Of a stretch of 64,000 nucleotides of DNA, positions 11,911-23,871 are shown piece by piece. The notes below the pieces were generated by a model. The model was given only the letters and a program-made list of their open reading frames with translations, ran no database searches and was not told where the DNA came from. Source of the DNA: Camelus dromedarius (taxonomy: Eukaryota); the NCBI RefSeq assembly GCF_036321535.1, contig NC_087438.1, forward strand, positions 9,426,001-9,490,000, written 5' to 3'. Both the position numbers and the translations under genes were made by a program. Each line of letters opens with the position of its first letter. Within the stretch, counting starts at the first letter, position 1.

Positions 11911-12939
11911 TGTATGTCTTTTCTCCCCCCAGCTCTGAACATGAGGACCAGACATGCATCTCTTTCCACTATCCAAGACTCACGTCTTCAAAATAATCTT
12001 TCCCATTTTGGACAACTAAGACTATAGGTTCTTCTGATTGCCAGGATCAGAGATGGTGGCCAGGAGCATCAAGAAATGGGAGTGCACAGGAACAGGGGCC
12101 TAGGAAAAAGTGAGAGACCAGCGTCAGGAACAGCAGGACCCACATACCAGGCACTGATGGCAGGAAGACACCCGGACTTCGAGTTTTGAACTCAGATAGC
12201 TGATCACTCGACCAACTCTCCATCTGTTTGCTTCCTGCTCAGATCCATGATAACCCTGCTCCTCTTTTCAGTCAATAAAATACACTTCCCATGTGTCCAC
12301 CATGTCCCCACCTCCCTGCACTACTCAGCAGACTTGATAGAGCAGAGACCAGCTTGGAGGAGCTCTCCTGAGCAGGGTGGAAAGACTGGGTCACTGTAAG
12401 AATGCCAGCAGTCAGGTCTGGTGGAAATCCTGGAACCAGCCCCAGGTGTAGAACAGGTGTTTTCCCCCTTACTACTGCCATTAGCATAAAGATTGCTCTC
12501 CCTTTTTATGACTCAAAAACTGTGGACGAAATGAGCCACACAAAGAGGAAACACAAATTTCTGATGCGTCTGTGCCCATAAGGAAATGTCCTCTCTCTAC
12601 TAAATTGTCGCTTACTATCACAATAGCAGCTGTAATGACAACATTTACATTTCCTCCGTGATTTACAATTTTTATAATGTTGCCCCATATTCGTTTTATT
12701 TTTCATCACCGTTTCTAGCCATCACTCTTCTATCGCCTGTCTGTGAACCCTGGCAAGTGTCTGCCCTTCTCTGGGCCCGTTGCCAGCCATGAGCCACATC
12801 CCAGACCTGCAGGCTCCAGTGGGACTCAGCCCTGTGTCCTCTGTCCACCGTCTCAAAGGGATAGAGTCCCAGGGTAGATTTAGGGAGGATATTTTATTTT
12901 TGTATTCATATGAGCCTCATTGTCGTTTATTAAAGTGAG

Positions 12940-13045
12940 TAGGGTATTCATTAAAAATTAATATTTCAGCCCACCACCACCCAGGAGTTCAGAGGTGGAG
13001 GCCAGGAAATCTGAAATTTAGTCAGTATCCCAGGTGATTCTGATG
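12940..13045. mobile_element. hAT-Charlie MITE (MER5-like) fragment
   Basis: ggtggaggccaggaaatctgaaatttagtcagtatcccaggtgattctgatg. Confidence 0.6.
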
Positions 13046-13429
13046 ACTCTTTCTATCCTGCTCGACTCATTGCTAATATCTGTGTACAGCAAATAAAGGC
13101 GAGGTTTTTACAGGCACTACATACACTTGATGGCATAACTAACCACAAAGGACATTCACTACTTATATGGGTCTTAGCAAGTACGTCCAAACTTCTGAAA
13201 CAGAAATTTTCTGTTCCCTATTTTTCAAAGTGCACTAATTTTTGTTTTACAAATAAAATAAAGTAATCTAACAAAATATAAATCATTATATCCATATTTA
13301 ACTATAAATTTGAAGACAACTTTTTTTCAGCTTATTTATATTCAGAAACTTCAGAGGTGGAATCTACAAACTGTCGAAATGCTTACCTCATGAAGTTCTT
13401 CAGAAAGGAAAGGAACTGAACACCCAATG

Positions 13430-13612
13430 GACATCTACCTGGATTCATATCCTGCCTCTGCCACTTTGGGCAATTTCTCTGTTTCAATCTTCTTATCTAT
13501 AAAGGAGGGTAATAATGTGACCAACCTCGTAGGGTGCTTATATAGATGAAGGGAATTCAGATAAGTAAAATCCATATAACTAATGCAAAGTAAATACAAG
13601 ATATTATTATCA
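13430..13612 (+). mobile_element. MIR SINE
   Basis: ctacctggattcatatcctgcctctgccact...tctctgtttcaatcttcttatctataaaggagggtaataat core. Confidence 0.75.
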
Positions 13613-16409
13613 CTGTATAATTCCAAGCTCTATTCATTATTACTCAAAGGGATCTTTTAACGTTTCTTAAAATTAAATTCATCTATTATTCGGCTTAATT
13701 AAGGTTAACAAGAAATACATAGACTACTAATATATGGTAAATTGGCTTAAGACCATTTGATTACTATTGTCCTTATTTTTCATCTGTCCTTTACCGGAGT
13801 GGAAGGTGAGATACTTCCATCAAGCTGCCATCACCAGACCTCGCCTCATGCTGTAGACTCTTCAAAGGTCATCATAATTCCTCAAAATTAAGGAATATGA
13901 TTTAGAATTCTCCAATTAAATTCTGCTACTGCCTATTATAAAGAGGAAAATCAAGGATTCTCTCTTACCTTCTGTTGAAATATTTTTAAGATGAACTTCT
14001 TCATGGCTTGGTCTCCATCTCTTCACTATGATACCTCCTGGGTAAGAGCTATTTTGCATTTTAACTAGAGGCCTCCTTAACCTTCTGTCTGGCATTTGAA
14101 GATCTCTGACTGTGGCTCTAATAAAGGGCAAGCACTAGGGGAAGTGAAGGGCAGTCTCTCCTTTGTCTGCATTTGTTGCAGCCTTTTAGGAGGAGAAGGG
14201 GGAAAGGGCTCCGATTAATTTTGTGCCTTCGAGTTGCAGCAAACCCATGACATATTGGAGAGCTTTTCTTTTATGATTTCAGCTTTGCTCCTGCACTTCC
14301 TTTACACACTCCTCCAATGGAAGGCTAACCTTTATGTTTTTATAGACTTGATACAGCTCAGAGTCAAAGCAAAGTTGGCAATCAAAGGCTAGGACGGCAT
14401 TTGAAAGGAAGATCATACCAGTGGGGTTCACAGTACGAGTTCACTGAAGCCCTTAAAGGTCTTTTTTGAAACCAGCCTTCTCTGCATATCATTTGTTACT
14501 GAAATGCTAATGCTGTTAGTGCTCAGACTGCACTCCACTTCTCTGCAGACTTTGCATACAGTCCTTTGCATATTCACAGACCTCATATTCAGATTGTTGG
14601 ACAAAGTCCTGGGCCTTTATTCTGATTTTGCAGCTACTCCATCTCTTTTAGGGCCCTTTTAGTGATTGATATGTATTATGCAGCCAGAAGATGATTACCC
14701 ACAATGCCTCTTCCTGCTTAAACACATTGGCAGTGAGATTAGATATTATAATGCATGAGCTTTCCTTTCTCCGTGGAGATGAGGCTGCTAATTTGTTACC
14801 TCTGGGGCTTTTAGATATATGGGGAAGCTTCGGTGTGTTAGATTTTTCTATTCACCTATCTTATCTCCTCTCTGATGTATTCCCTTGCCATTAGAGGCAT
14901 GTGAGTATGAAGCCGTAGCATTCAACACGACTTTTATTTAGCTCCATGTGCTACAAGTTCTAAACACCTGTAAGTCTTTTTTGGAGGGGCCAGGGGGTGG
15001 GGGTGTAGGAACAGGATATAAGGTAAAAATTGGAAGTGATTATAGGAGGGCAAGATTTTCTTTCCCTTTCATTGTTTATAGGAAAAAGGCCTTTGATGAT
15101 GACAGAGTGAAAAGGAGAGTCTCTTTGGTAGCTTAACAGCACATCAGCTTTGCACTCCTGGAGTGGATAGCACATTCATTGCCTCTGCGCCACAGTGGAA
15201 AAATATGAATGGCTGAAAGTCTGAAGGAGATAAAGAGCCCCTGGTCCCAGCCTCCCCAGAGGAGTCAGAGAGAGCACAGGCGTGCATGCTTACGCACAGG
15301 GAGCAAGCCTAAACAGGTTGCTGAAGGTACGGCAGAGAGGGGGAACAATTTCTAGCAAATCCCATATGAGGAGATAGAACGCTCACCAAAAAAACAGAGC
15401 GGGTATCAGGATAGAAAATGACTGATTGAAACAAGTGCAGAGATAGTCTGTACCATTGTGTGAACTGTTGGTGTGTACATAAGATTAACTAATAGTGGCA
15501 TTCTTATATTACAGTGATTGATTACATCCACATGGCCAAAATATACTGTGGATCTAATAAAGGGGTGATATTTAGAAACTAATGAGCAAAGTATAATGGA
15601 ACAGGCACTGGACTCTGTTAGGAGACTGAGGCCATTTTCTTGTTTTCCACTTATAAATCCTGTGGGTTTGAGAAACTCATATATGAAATGGGGAGAATAA
15701 TCTCTTTCTTGTGTTCTGGAAAAGAAAAAAACATTAATTTATTCCATTTTTAAAAGCTCTAACAGACCTCTACAAAACTTAAAATAATATCTTTAGCAAA
15801 TGAACCCTAGCCTTCAACAGACTGTCTCTTGCCACAAACTGCCCTCCATCTAATTGCCATCAATAGTTTACCTTCACTAAATCTAGCTCAGTATTGTTTA
15901 AACTGGGAATCATGAAACTAGTGGAGGTCGAGCACTAGCGAGAAAATTTTTCTTGTCACCATTTTACTGATAATCTCCCTGGAAATAGTTCCCCTACTTC
16001 AGAGCGTAACATACCAGGACTGAGAATGACCTGTCACTTAATTCCCTAGAGCATTCTTTTTACCTGACCTGAACTTAGGCAAGATAATTACTGCACAGTC
16101 TTCTGAAAAGCAAAAAAACCAGTCAGTCAGATCCCTGCTTCTAGCTGATCGAGGTTGGCTTCTCAGCTTTTGCTAGATGTGATCCAAGGTGCACTGGAGA
16201 ATTTGAGACTGGAGTAAAGGAGATGTGCTTGGAGTAAAGGAGTTTGTTCTGTAAATCTGATATTTAAATAGAACCACATTTGAACCTTCACACCTGGGGC
16301 ATGCAATCAGGCAGAACTTAAGGGGGAATAAAATTTACAATTATTTAATTTTACCAACATGGAGGCTGGGTACACAGAGACAGCAATTTAAACATGAATT
16401 TAAAGAAAC

Positions 16410-16570
16410 AATTATGTGACAGGATGGAGGTGTTAGCTAACCCTACGGTGGTGATCATTTGCATGTATAATTGTATCAAATCAGCATGTTGTACACCTGA
16501 AATTCACACAATGTGGTATGTTAATTATATCTCAATAAAGCTGGGAAAAAAGCATAAATAAAAAACAAAC
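16410..16570 (+). mobile_element. L1 extreme 3' end (5'-truncated insertion) with A-rich tail
   Basis: ggtggtgatcatttgc...atcaaatcagcatgttgtacacctgaaattcacacaatg...tatatctcaataaagctgggaaaaaa. Confidence 0.85.
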
Positions 16571-17199
16571 CTGATTTTCACTGTTACCTGACCTCTGCAC
16601 CAATTCAAATTAATTATGAGACTTGAGAAATACAAAGCAATGTAAAAAGAAATTAGGTCTGCAAATTTATTTTAATGCTAATAAAATCTGGCTTTTTAAA
16701 AGGTTACAATAATATGTACTGTAAAAAAAAAAAAAATACCCATCGTAACTTCATAAAAATAAAGACTCAGACCACCACTTGGTAGCTTGTCAGATCATGT
16801 ACAATAAATCTTTTATTTTCTTCTCTCCACTGTTTTAAAGACATGGTTTGGAATTACAGCCATCGTCATTCCTTTCAAATGCATGTACTTTAAATTTTTT
16901 AAGAGAGAATTATTTTATTTTCATCAATGAATTATTCAGTTTATGCTTAACACTGTGAAATTTTTTGGATTTTGACAAGGTTTGAAGACCACATTAACAA
17001 CTACACTAACAGTTACACTGTATTTGGACTCTGAATATAAATACTAAATGCATTCATATTTCTTTAAGTTTTTATTTAAAATATGTCTTTTTGGCCAAGT
17101 AAAGAAATTTTAAAAAAAAAAATTCAAAGTGGGATGACTTCTGACTTTATACAGCTCTGTAATTCAAATCAATTTTGTCCGTGTAAAAAAGCATCACTT

Positions 17200-17626
17200 T
17201 ATTTTTGGTTTGGAAACTTGAGAGTTTCCTGGGTGCAATTTGAAACATGGAGGGCAAGGAAAGACCAAAGAAAGAGGCAGAACACTCCAAGTTGGTAGGT
17301 GACAGGTTTGACAAGCACAGAAACTTATGTACTAGGCCTGTCTTGGGTGGCCAAAGAAGAGTAGATCTCTCCATCCAACCTCCGAAGTCTCTAAAAGTTT
17401 ATAGGTATAGTGGTCTTAGACTGGGTTCAGTCACATGTACCATCCAATGGTCTCAACAACATCCTTACTCTTTCAAGGCTACATCCTTGGAACAGCTTTG
17501 GCTGTGGGAATGATGGGCAAAGTGTCACACTCCAAGCACCAGGGAGAGGGTGAGTAACCTCCAACTGCTCAGATCCAGCCCACAGGTCAGCCAGCATTCA
17601 CATCCTCTCGATACCCTCCTCCAACA
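17200..17626 (-). mobile_element. ERV solo LTR, family uncertain
   Basis: Minus strand starts tgttggaggaggg; LTR-like U5 block aaacctgtcacctaccaacttggagtgttctgcctctttctttggtctttcc. Confidence 0.6.
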
Positions 17627-17636
17627 ATAATTTAAC

Positions 17637-17810
17637 TTTTTTTTTTAATTTATTAAAGTATAGTTGATTTACAATATTGCATTAGTTTCAAGTGTGCATC
17701 ATGGTGACCCAAATATCCTACAGGAAAAAGAGAATCACAGGCCCATATCTTGATGAATATAGATGCAAAAATCCTCAACAAAATGCTAGCAAACTGAATG
17801 CAAAAAACGG
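17637..17810 (-). mobile_element. Short L1 insertion with 5' inversion (3' end on minus strand, ORF2 fragment on plus strand)
   Basis: Poly-T plus L1 3' terminus (aagtatagttgatttacaatattg) abuts a plus-strand ORF2 piece (KENHRP..LMNIDAKILNKMLAN); flanks aataatttaac / aatcatttagc. Confidence 0.8.
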
Positions 17811-17987
17811 AATCATTTAGCATTTTTTTACATTGCATCCTTGTAAGCTATCTCAAATCCTCTTTGAAAAAAGAAGTGGGATCAAAATAAACTTTTTTCA
17901 AAATAAACTTCAAAAGATTTAGTCAATCTGCAATATTACTAGGGCAAAGTTACATCAGTAAGATGCTGTTTTGAAATAAATAGGAGA

Positions 17988-18345
17988 TATCAATCAGAAT
18001 GGGCTAGTATGTTGTAGTTATAAACAACCCACAAATTTCAGTGACTTAAGCACAACCATGGTTCCTTTCTTCTTCATGCTTCATAGCTGTTATGGTTACT
18101 GCTCATTTTAGTCCCTCAGGGTTCAGGCTAACGAGGCAGCCGCTATCTTGAACTATGGTGGTCGTTCCAAGTACAGAGGGAAAGAGGGAGCTCTTGAGAG
18201 CCTTGGATCAAAATTAAAATGCAGAGCCAAGAAATGATAGACAGCATTCCCACTCTCATCTCATTTGTGGAGCCACAAATCCATTTCGACCACAGGAAGT
18301 CAGAGAATGAAATGAAATGTAAATAACCCTAAAGACCAGCACCAT
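17988..18345 (-). mobile_element. Old MaLR LTR (MLT1J/K-like)
   Basis: atcagaatgggctagtatgttgtagttataaacaacccacaaatttcagtgacttaag, ctcagggttcaggctaacgaggcagccgctatcttgaac. Confidence 0.7.
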
Positions 18346-18499
18346 CTACCCCTCTGATCACCAAATACTTTGTTTTACTCTCCATTTCACCAGCAAAATA
18401 CACTTATAGCCTCCATGAGTGAGATAATTTAAAAGGCGTCCACCCAGTCACGCCCTGAATCTCAAAGGCTTGTGTCTCTGAGTGATGTAAGATTTGTTT

Positions 18500-19085
18500 C
18501 GTGGCAGTGCCCCTCACTAAGCTACTATCCCTTAGCTTGAATCCCACCTTTCTATGTTCCGCCATAAAACACGGAGATCCTGCAAACCATAGATTCTCTT
18601 TCACCAGCTGACTCCTGGTTAGGCTTTGCAGTGGAGGGTTTGGGAATACGATGGGAAGACTAGAAGAAGGAAAAAAAGAAAACAAAAAAAACATGATGCA
18701 GTTATTTCAGTCACAGTGGCTGATAATAGCTTGTAATTTTTCAACACTCTCCAAAGATCCTCACTTTCCCCCCTCGGAGACAGAAGAATCAGCTAACTGG
18801 AGGTAAGTGCCACTGCATCCAGGTCTGCTTTCCTTCTCTAGAGAGCTCCTGTTCTAATTTCAGCAGTCAGAGGGCTGGATCCCAGCTCAGAATCCAGTGC
18901 CACAGTAGTTCTAACTTTTCCCATCAATTTCCATTTCCTCAGCATGGCAGCTGCCTGCATCACATACTCCCTCTGTGATCTCTGTAGTGTTCCCTTTCTG
19001 CCTTTTCGCATAACAATACTTTGTATTTAATTCTCTGTTAAAGTAGCCAGTGTGCTGTCTCCTGACTCAAATCCCGACTGACGCG
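18500..19085 (+). mobile_element. ERVL LTR41/LTR33-like solo LTR
   Basis: Start gtggcagtgccc...atcccacctttctatgttcc...ccagctgactcctggttaggctttgcagtggagg; end attctctgttaaagtagccagtgtgctgtctcctgact...gactgac. Confidence 0.65.
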
Positions 19086-19457
19086 ATGTCTATTTCAGAT
19101 TGGAACCAGCTCCTCTTGACCCAGACAACTATATACTCAAAAGACAAGCTATTTATCAACAACCCACTTCATTAAAAATTGTGGGTCAAGGACAGGGTAT
19201 CTGCAACAAACATTCCTACTTAGAAAGTGGAAAGAACCTGAGATACAAAGCAGTCAAGTTTCTGAGGATGGGCAGAAATTTTTAAGGGAGGGAAATATTC
19301 ATGAATCTGTCCTGGTTTTGCTTCCTTCCTGGGAGGTGGGGAGGGGGGTCCCCAGCTCATTGTTTTCTCTGATCCTTTGTTTCCAACCTCTGTAAAGTCC
19401 TTCATTTTCCATTATCCTCTTAGGCCACCGCTGAAGAAGATTGGAGAACACTCTTTA

Positions 19458-19922
19458 TGTGACAGTCTGAGTCCTGGTGAGAAGCAGATGCCAGGAGAGT
19501 ATTAAATAAGCAAGAAATTTATTAGGACACATGCCTGTGGGAGAAGGTGTTAGGAGAAGGTGCTGGGGGAGGCTGAGGAACCTTCAGATCATAATGCAGG
19601 TCTGACCCCAAGGAGAGGAGAGAGGGAAGGAAGTGAGGACAGACGGAAGGAAGGGACAGCTGAAGCATGTTAAAATGCAGGACAATTCTAAGGAAATGTT
19701 GGCAAGTGTATTAGTGAGTCCTTGAGCCAAAGTCACCCATCAGAGGGGTCCTGCGTCTCCCAGGAATGAGCTCGCGCATGTTCACTTATTTCCTGGGAGC
19801 CGCCTGTGGGAAGCGCAGCCCTGGCACACACGTGGCGATGGTTTCAGAGGGGCCATGGGAGCCCCCGATCATGATCCCTGTGCTGCTGATGATCTGAGCA
19901 GCACATCCTCACGGCCACCACA
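19458..19922 (-). mobile_element. ERVL LTR16A-like solo LTR
   Basis: tgtgacagtctgagtcctggtgagaagcagatgccagg...gcaggtctgaccc...gagccaaagtcacccatcagaggggtcctgcgtctcccagg...cacggccaccaca (TG...CA ends). Confidence 0.8.
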
Positions 19923-20038
19923 CTCTCTTTTGGAATTAAACACCTTCTTCGATTGTTTTCCTCCCATATAAATGTGAGAGTTCAAGGTTGTTCAATATTC
20001 AAAACAGTAAAACTTAAACTAGGGTCTTATTCTATTTA

Positions 20039-20040
<2 letters not shown>

Positions 20041-20091
<51 letters not shown>
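20041..20091. repeat. (TTA)n microsatellite, ~17 units
   Basis: Perfect tandem TTA run seen directly. Confidence 0.97.
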
Positions 20092-20093
<2 letters not shown>

Positions 20094-21769
20094 CATTATT
20101 TACTTTCCCGGTATAGCTTTCTCAAATCCTTAGGGTCTCATCTATTCTATTCTAGTCCATAGCATGTCCCAACAGTGACCCCCATAGCTTTTCCCAAGAA
20201 TTTTGCTCTCCTTTTCTGGATATAATTGCTGCCACCTGGAGCCGATCAGTATTCTAGGAGAAAGTCACACTCCGGTCTCCTTCCCCTAAGTCATTTTTTC
20301 CAACTAAAATGCCTAATGGACTGCACCTAAGCCATTCAAAGTTGAACAGTGGATTTGAAAGCAGTCTCTTTGACTCTTGCGTTTAGACAGTGTTTAATCT
20401 GATTTTCTTGCTCAAGGTATTTCTTTATTTGTATTTTACTGTTTGAGGTTAAAAAATATTTATTTTTCCCCAAAACTACAAGCAGCTGAATATCTACACT
20501 CTTTACTTCCTATGTTACTGCTTGCAAACCAGTCAATTAGGTTCTCTTCTTTTAGTGCCTTTTCAAAGACTGGTAAGCATACCTAATAACAACCTGCTTT
20601 CCAGACTCTTCCACCAATGCTATATGTTCATCAGGTACATTATGTGCTTTTCAAGTTTATTCAAGAGACAGTTTCACCAAATAATAATTCCCACTACATA
20701 ACGATGGCCACCTTTGTTTCTGAATAATCATGCCTTGGCAATTATGTAGTTGTCTTGGAAGGACACAACATTGGTAAGAACTATTTACATACAACAGACC
20801 ACAAGGAGAAGGAGAGTTAATTCCTAACATGTACTTCGGGAGAAGAATGAGAATAACACAGCAGACAGGAGAAGAACTTCCATTATTGTTTGTAAAAAAT
20901 ACAGATACATTAGTACCAGGTGCACTAAATTTTGCTCATTTTTCCATGCAAATTTCTTTTGCCATTAATATAAATGGATCTAATTACCTGAGCATGATTA
21001 AACCAGATTTCCAAGATGCAACAATATTGCTACTAGTGATCTGGAGACTCTGTGCAAACACAGCTCAGGGTAGGATCTGCAGGGTATCTGCAGTCTAAGG
21101 AACACTGCCAGGGCTAGAAGACTGAGAAAATATAAAGAGAGAAATAAATGTTTCCTTTGATGACTCCCCAGTCCTATTGTGGATAGTGTAAACTTTTAGA
21201 CTTGTAAGGAAGACTAATCTTTTTGGATACTTGAAATACAGGTTTTGCCAATCACTTGTTCACTGATGCATTCTCTGATTATATGTCTCCGTGTATTGGT
21301 GGAACATTTTTGCTCCTCTTCTCCAAAATTCAAGTTAAACTACGGAGAAGGAAATTTCTGCTGGTAATTCCCAATGTGGGAATGTTGAAAGGGTGGTTTC
21401 TGTCCCTTTCTCCCCTTTATTTGTGTCTACAGATAAGTGGTAAAGTAACTAACTAGACAAGGGGGAGTAAGGAGAGTCTGACATTTACTGGGACATGAGC
21501 GTCACAGTTTAATTGAGACCATCATGGTTTCAACCTGTATCCTGACATGGATCATTAACAGTCTGTCCTTTCACTGTTAAAAGTGTCCTGCCATTGACAG
21601 AAAATTGTGTGATCGCTCCAGTTAAAAATCCCCAGTTATGCATGGTGTGTTTCTCACCTCCTGCTTCCTCTTGGATGTCCACCCATATTCTTGGGCAGCA
21701 GATTTGGAGCTTCGGCTCTCTCTGCAGTTATTCCTTTTGAATGAACCCTCTTTATTTTGAGAAGGACTA

Positions 21770-22177
21770 TGTGATGGTTAATCTTGTGTCAGCTTGGCTA
21801 GGCTATGGGGCCCAAGTGTTCGGTAAGACACCAGTCCAGATGGTGCCATGAAGATACTTTGTAGACATGATTAATAGCTAAAATTAATTGCCCTGAAGTA
21901 AAGGAGATTACTCTGGATAATGTGGATGGGACTCATTCAATCAGTTAAAAGCATTAAGAGCAAAAACTGAGGTTTGCTAATGAAGGAATTCAAGGCTGTT
22001 AACATAGAAATCCTGTGTGAGTTACCAGCCTGCTGACCTGCCGTACGAATTTTGCACTTGCCAGTTCTCAACATCACATGAACCAATTCCTTAAAATCTT
22101 TGTATGTATGTGTATGTGTGTGTGTGTATCATTATATTGGTTTTGTTTCTCTGGAAAATGCTATACCAATTGATACA
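21770..22177 (+). mobile_element. ERVL MLT2 (MLT2C/D-like) solo LTR
   Basis: tgtgatggttaatcttgtgtcagcttggctaggcta...gaagtaaaggagattactctggataatgtggatggg...ttggttttgtttctctggaaaatg...gataca. Confidence 0.88.
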
Positions 22178-23653
22178 GCCTGCTGTAGTTCAACTCTTCC
22201 ACCTGACTTTGAAACTAGCTGTAATAAATCTATTCTTTAAAAAATCACCAAAAACTGCACTGTTCATCTCAGACACACCAGCATCTCCTATGAGTCAAGG
22301 ATTCATTCTAAGACACATGAAATAATATTCTGATGGCAGAATCATTCAAGCGTCTAGTGGGGTCACGTGGCAGTGTCTTCAGGAAGCCAGAGACTACAAA
22401 GCAGAGCTGCTCATTGGCTCTTGCAGATCCTATCAGTTTGCTCATAAACGAGTGAGGTACACACACCATCCCTCTAGCCAACCTCACCACCTGAGCACCA
22501 CTCAACTCTCTAGTTAGAAAGTATTTTCAATAATTCTTATTGTTAGATTTCACTAATAATCCTGGTTTCTCAACTCCTGATGCTAATTCCTGAGATGTAG
22601 CTTCCAGACCAAGGTGTTTCAAATGACGGCCACCCCTAGGGTACCAGTTATATTTATCTAGACATGAAATTTCAGTGATTTTAATAAAATATAGTTAAAA
22701 TAATTTATCACACAGAAATTTAACAATCACATGCATCATCAAGTCTAGGTTATTATTTACCCTGATACAAAGTCAATATTAGACTAGAGTGTAAGGTTTT
22801 GGCAATAGAAAAAGATATAAAATCTTACTATATTAATTAAACAAGGGAAAAATAAGAAAACTAGGTAGAGTAAAACTGCAGAAATATGAGTAATTAAGGA
22901 AAACTCATGAAGCTGAAATCTCATTTCTTTACATAATTAGTTTAAGCAGAGCCATCTCATAAGATAGTCCCATTTTAACAATTTCAAACACATTTTTGAG
23001 TGCCTAACAGCAAAAATAAATTTATAAAGTCTCTGATCTTGAACATTTAATATTTATATTTATAAATATACTTAATGTAAATATAGCTATATATTCCACA
23101 TTCTATAAATATACATTTATATTTATAATATGTAAATGACTTGCCTTGCATTCTAGTGGGAAAAATAGGTGCAAAAAACAAAACAAATAGTATAGTATAA
23201 GATAATGTAGAAATATGATAAATGTATTCTAACATATTACAGTGATTAATAAAGAAATATGAATCAATATGAAAGTAAACAAATGGCTAAGGATTCTGTT
23301 TTAAAGGGAGTAATAATTCTAAAGTTTTGTGAATAAAAACTGTCTTAGTCTTTTTGATTCTGAAATGCCCTTTTGTGCCCACCCATTGATGCTAGCTTAG
23401 CTGGGACAAATGTCTAATACCCTTTGAGTACTTGGGAGATACTATGCTACCATTTTCTAACATCTTTTTTTGTTGATGAAAATTTTGTTGTCAGTGTAAA
23501 AGATTAAATCTTTCTAAATTTTAAATAATTGTTTGGTTTTGAACAAATATTGACTCTATGCCATTTCTTCTCTTCTTTAGGAAATCCAATTAAATGAATA
23601 TTGAAACTTTTCCCTTTCTGTTTTCTCTGTTGCTTAATATTAGCTTTTCTAAT

Positions 23654-23820
23654 ATGTGTATGCATTTGTGTGTGTGTATATGTGTGTATGTGTGTGTATG
23701 TGTGTATGTGTATGTTTGTGTATGTGTATGTGTGTGTATGTGTATGTGTGTGTATGTGTGTGTGTATGGGTATATGTTTGTGTATGTGTGTGTATGTGTG
23801 TGTGTATGTGTGTATGTGTT

Positions 23821-23861
<41 letters not shown>

Positions 23862-23871
23862 CTGTGTGTGT
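23654..23871. repeat. Compound (TG)n/(TGTA/TGTGTA)n microsatellite, ~220 bp
   Basis: Seen directly; it explains the four spurious C/V/H/T-rich ORFs. Confidence 0.97.

Larger units (their letters stand above)
18346..20740 (-). mobile_element. MaLR internal sequence (MLT1-int) fragments, interrupted by two ERVL LTRs and a microsatellite
   Basis: gctcctcttgacccagacaactatatactcaaaagacaagc (19110), tccattatcctcttaggccaccgctgaag (19408) and gacagtttcaccaaa...ccactacataacgatggccacc (20667) match MLT1-int blocks. Confidence 0.6.

Noticed and set aside
19953..20162. ORF with poly-isoleucine
   Set aside because: (TTA)n microsatellite artefact
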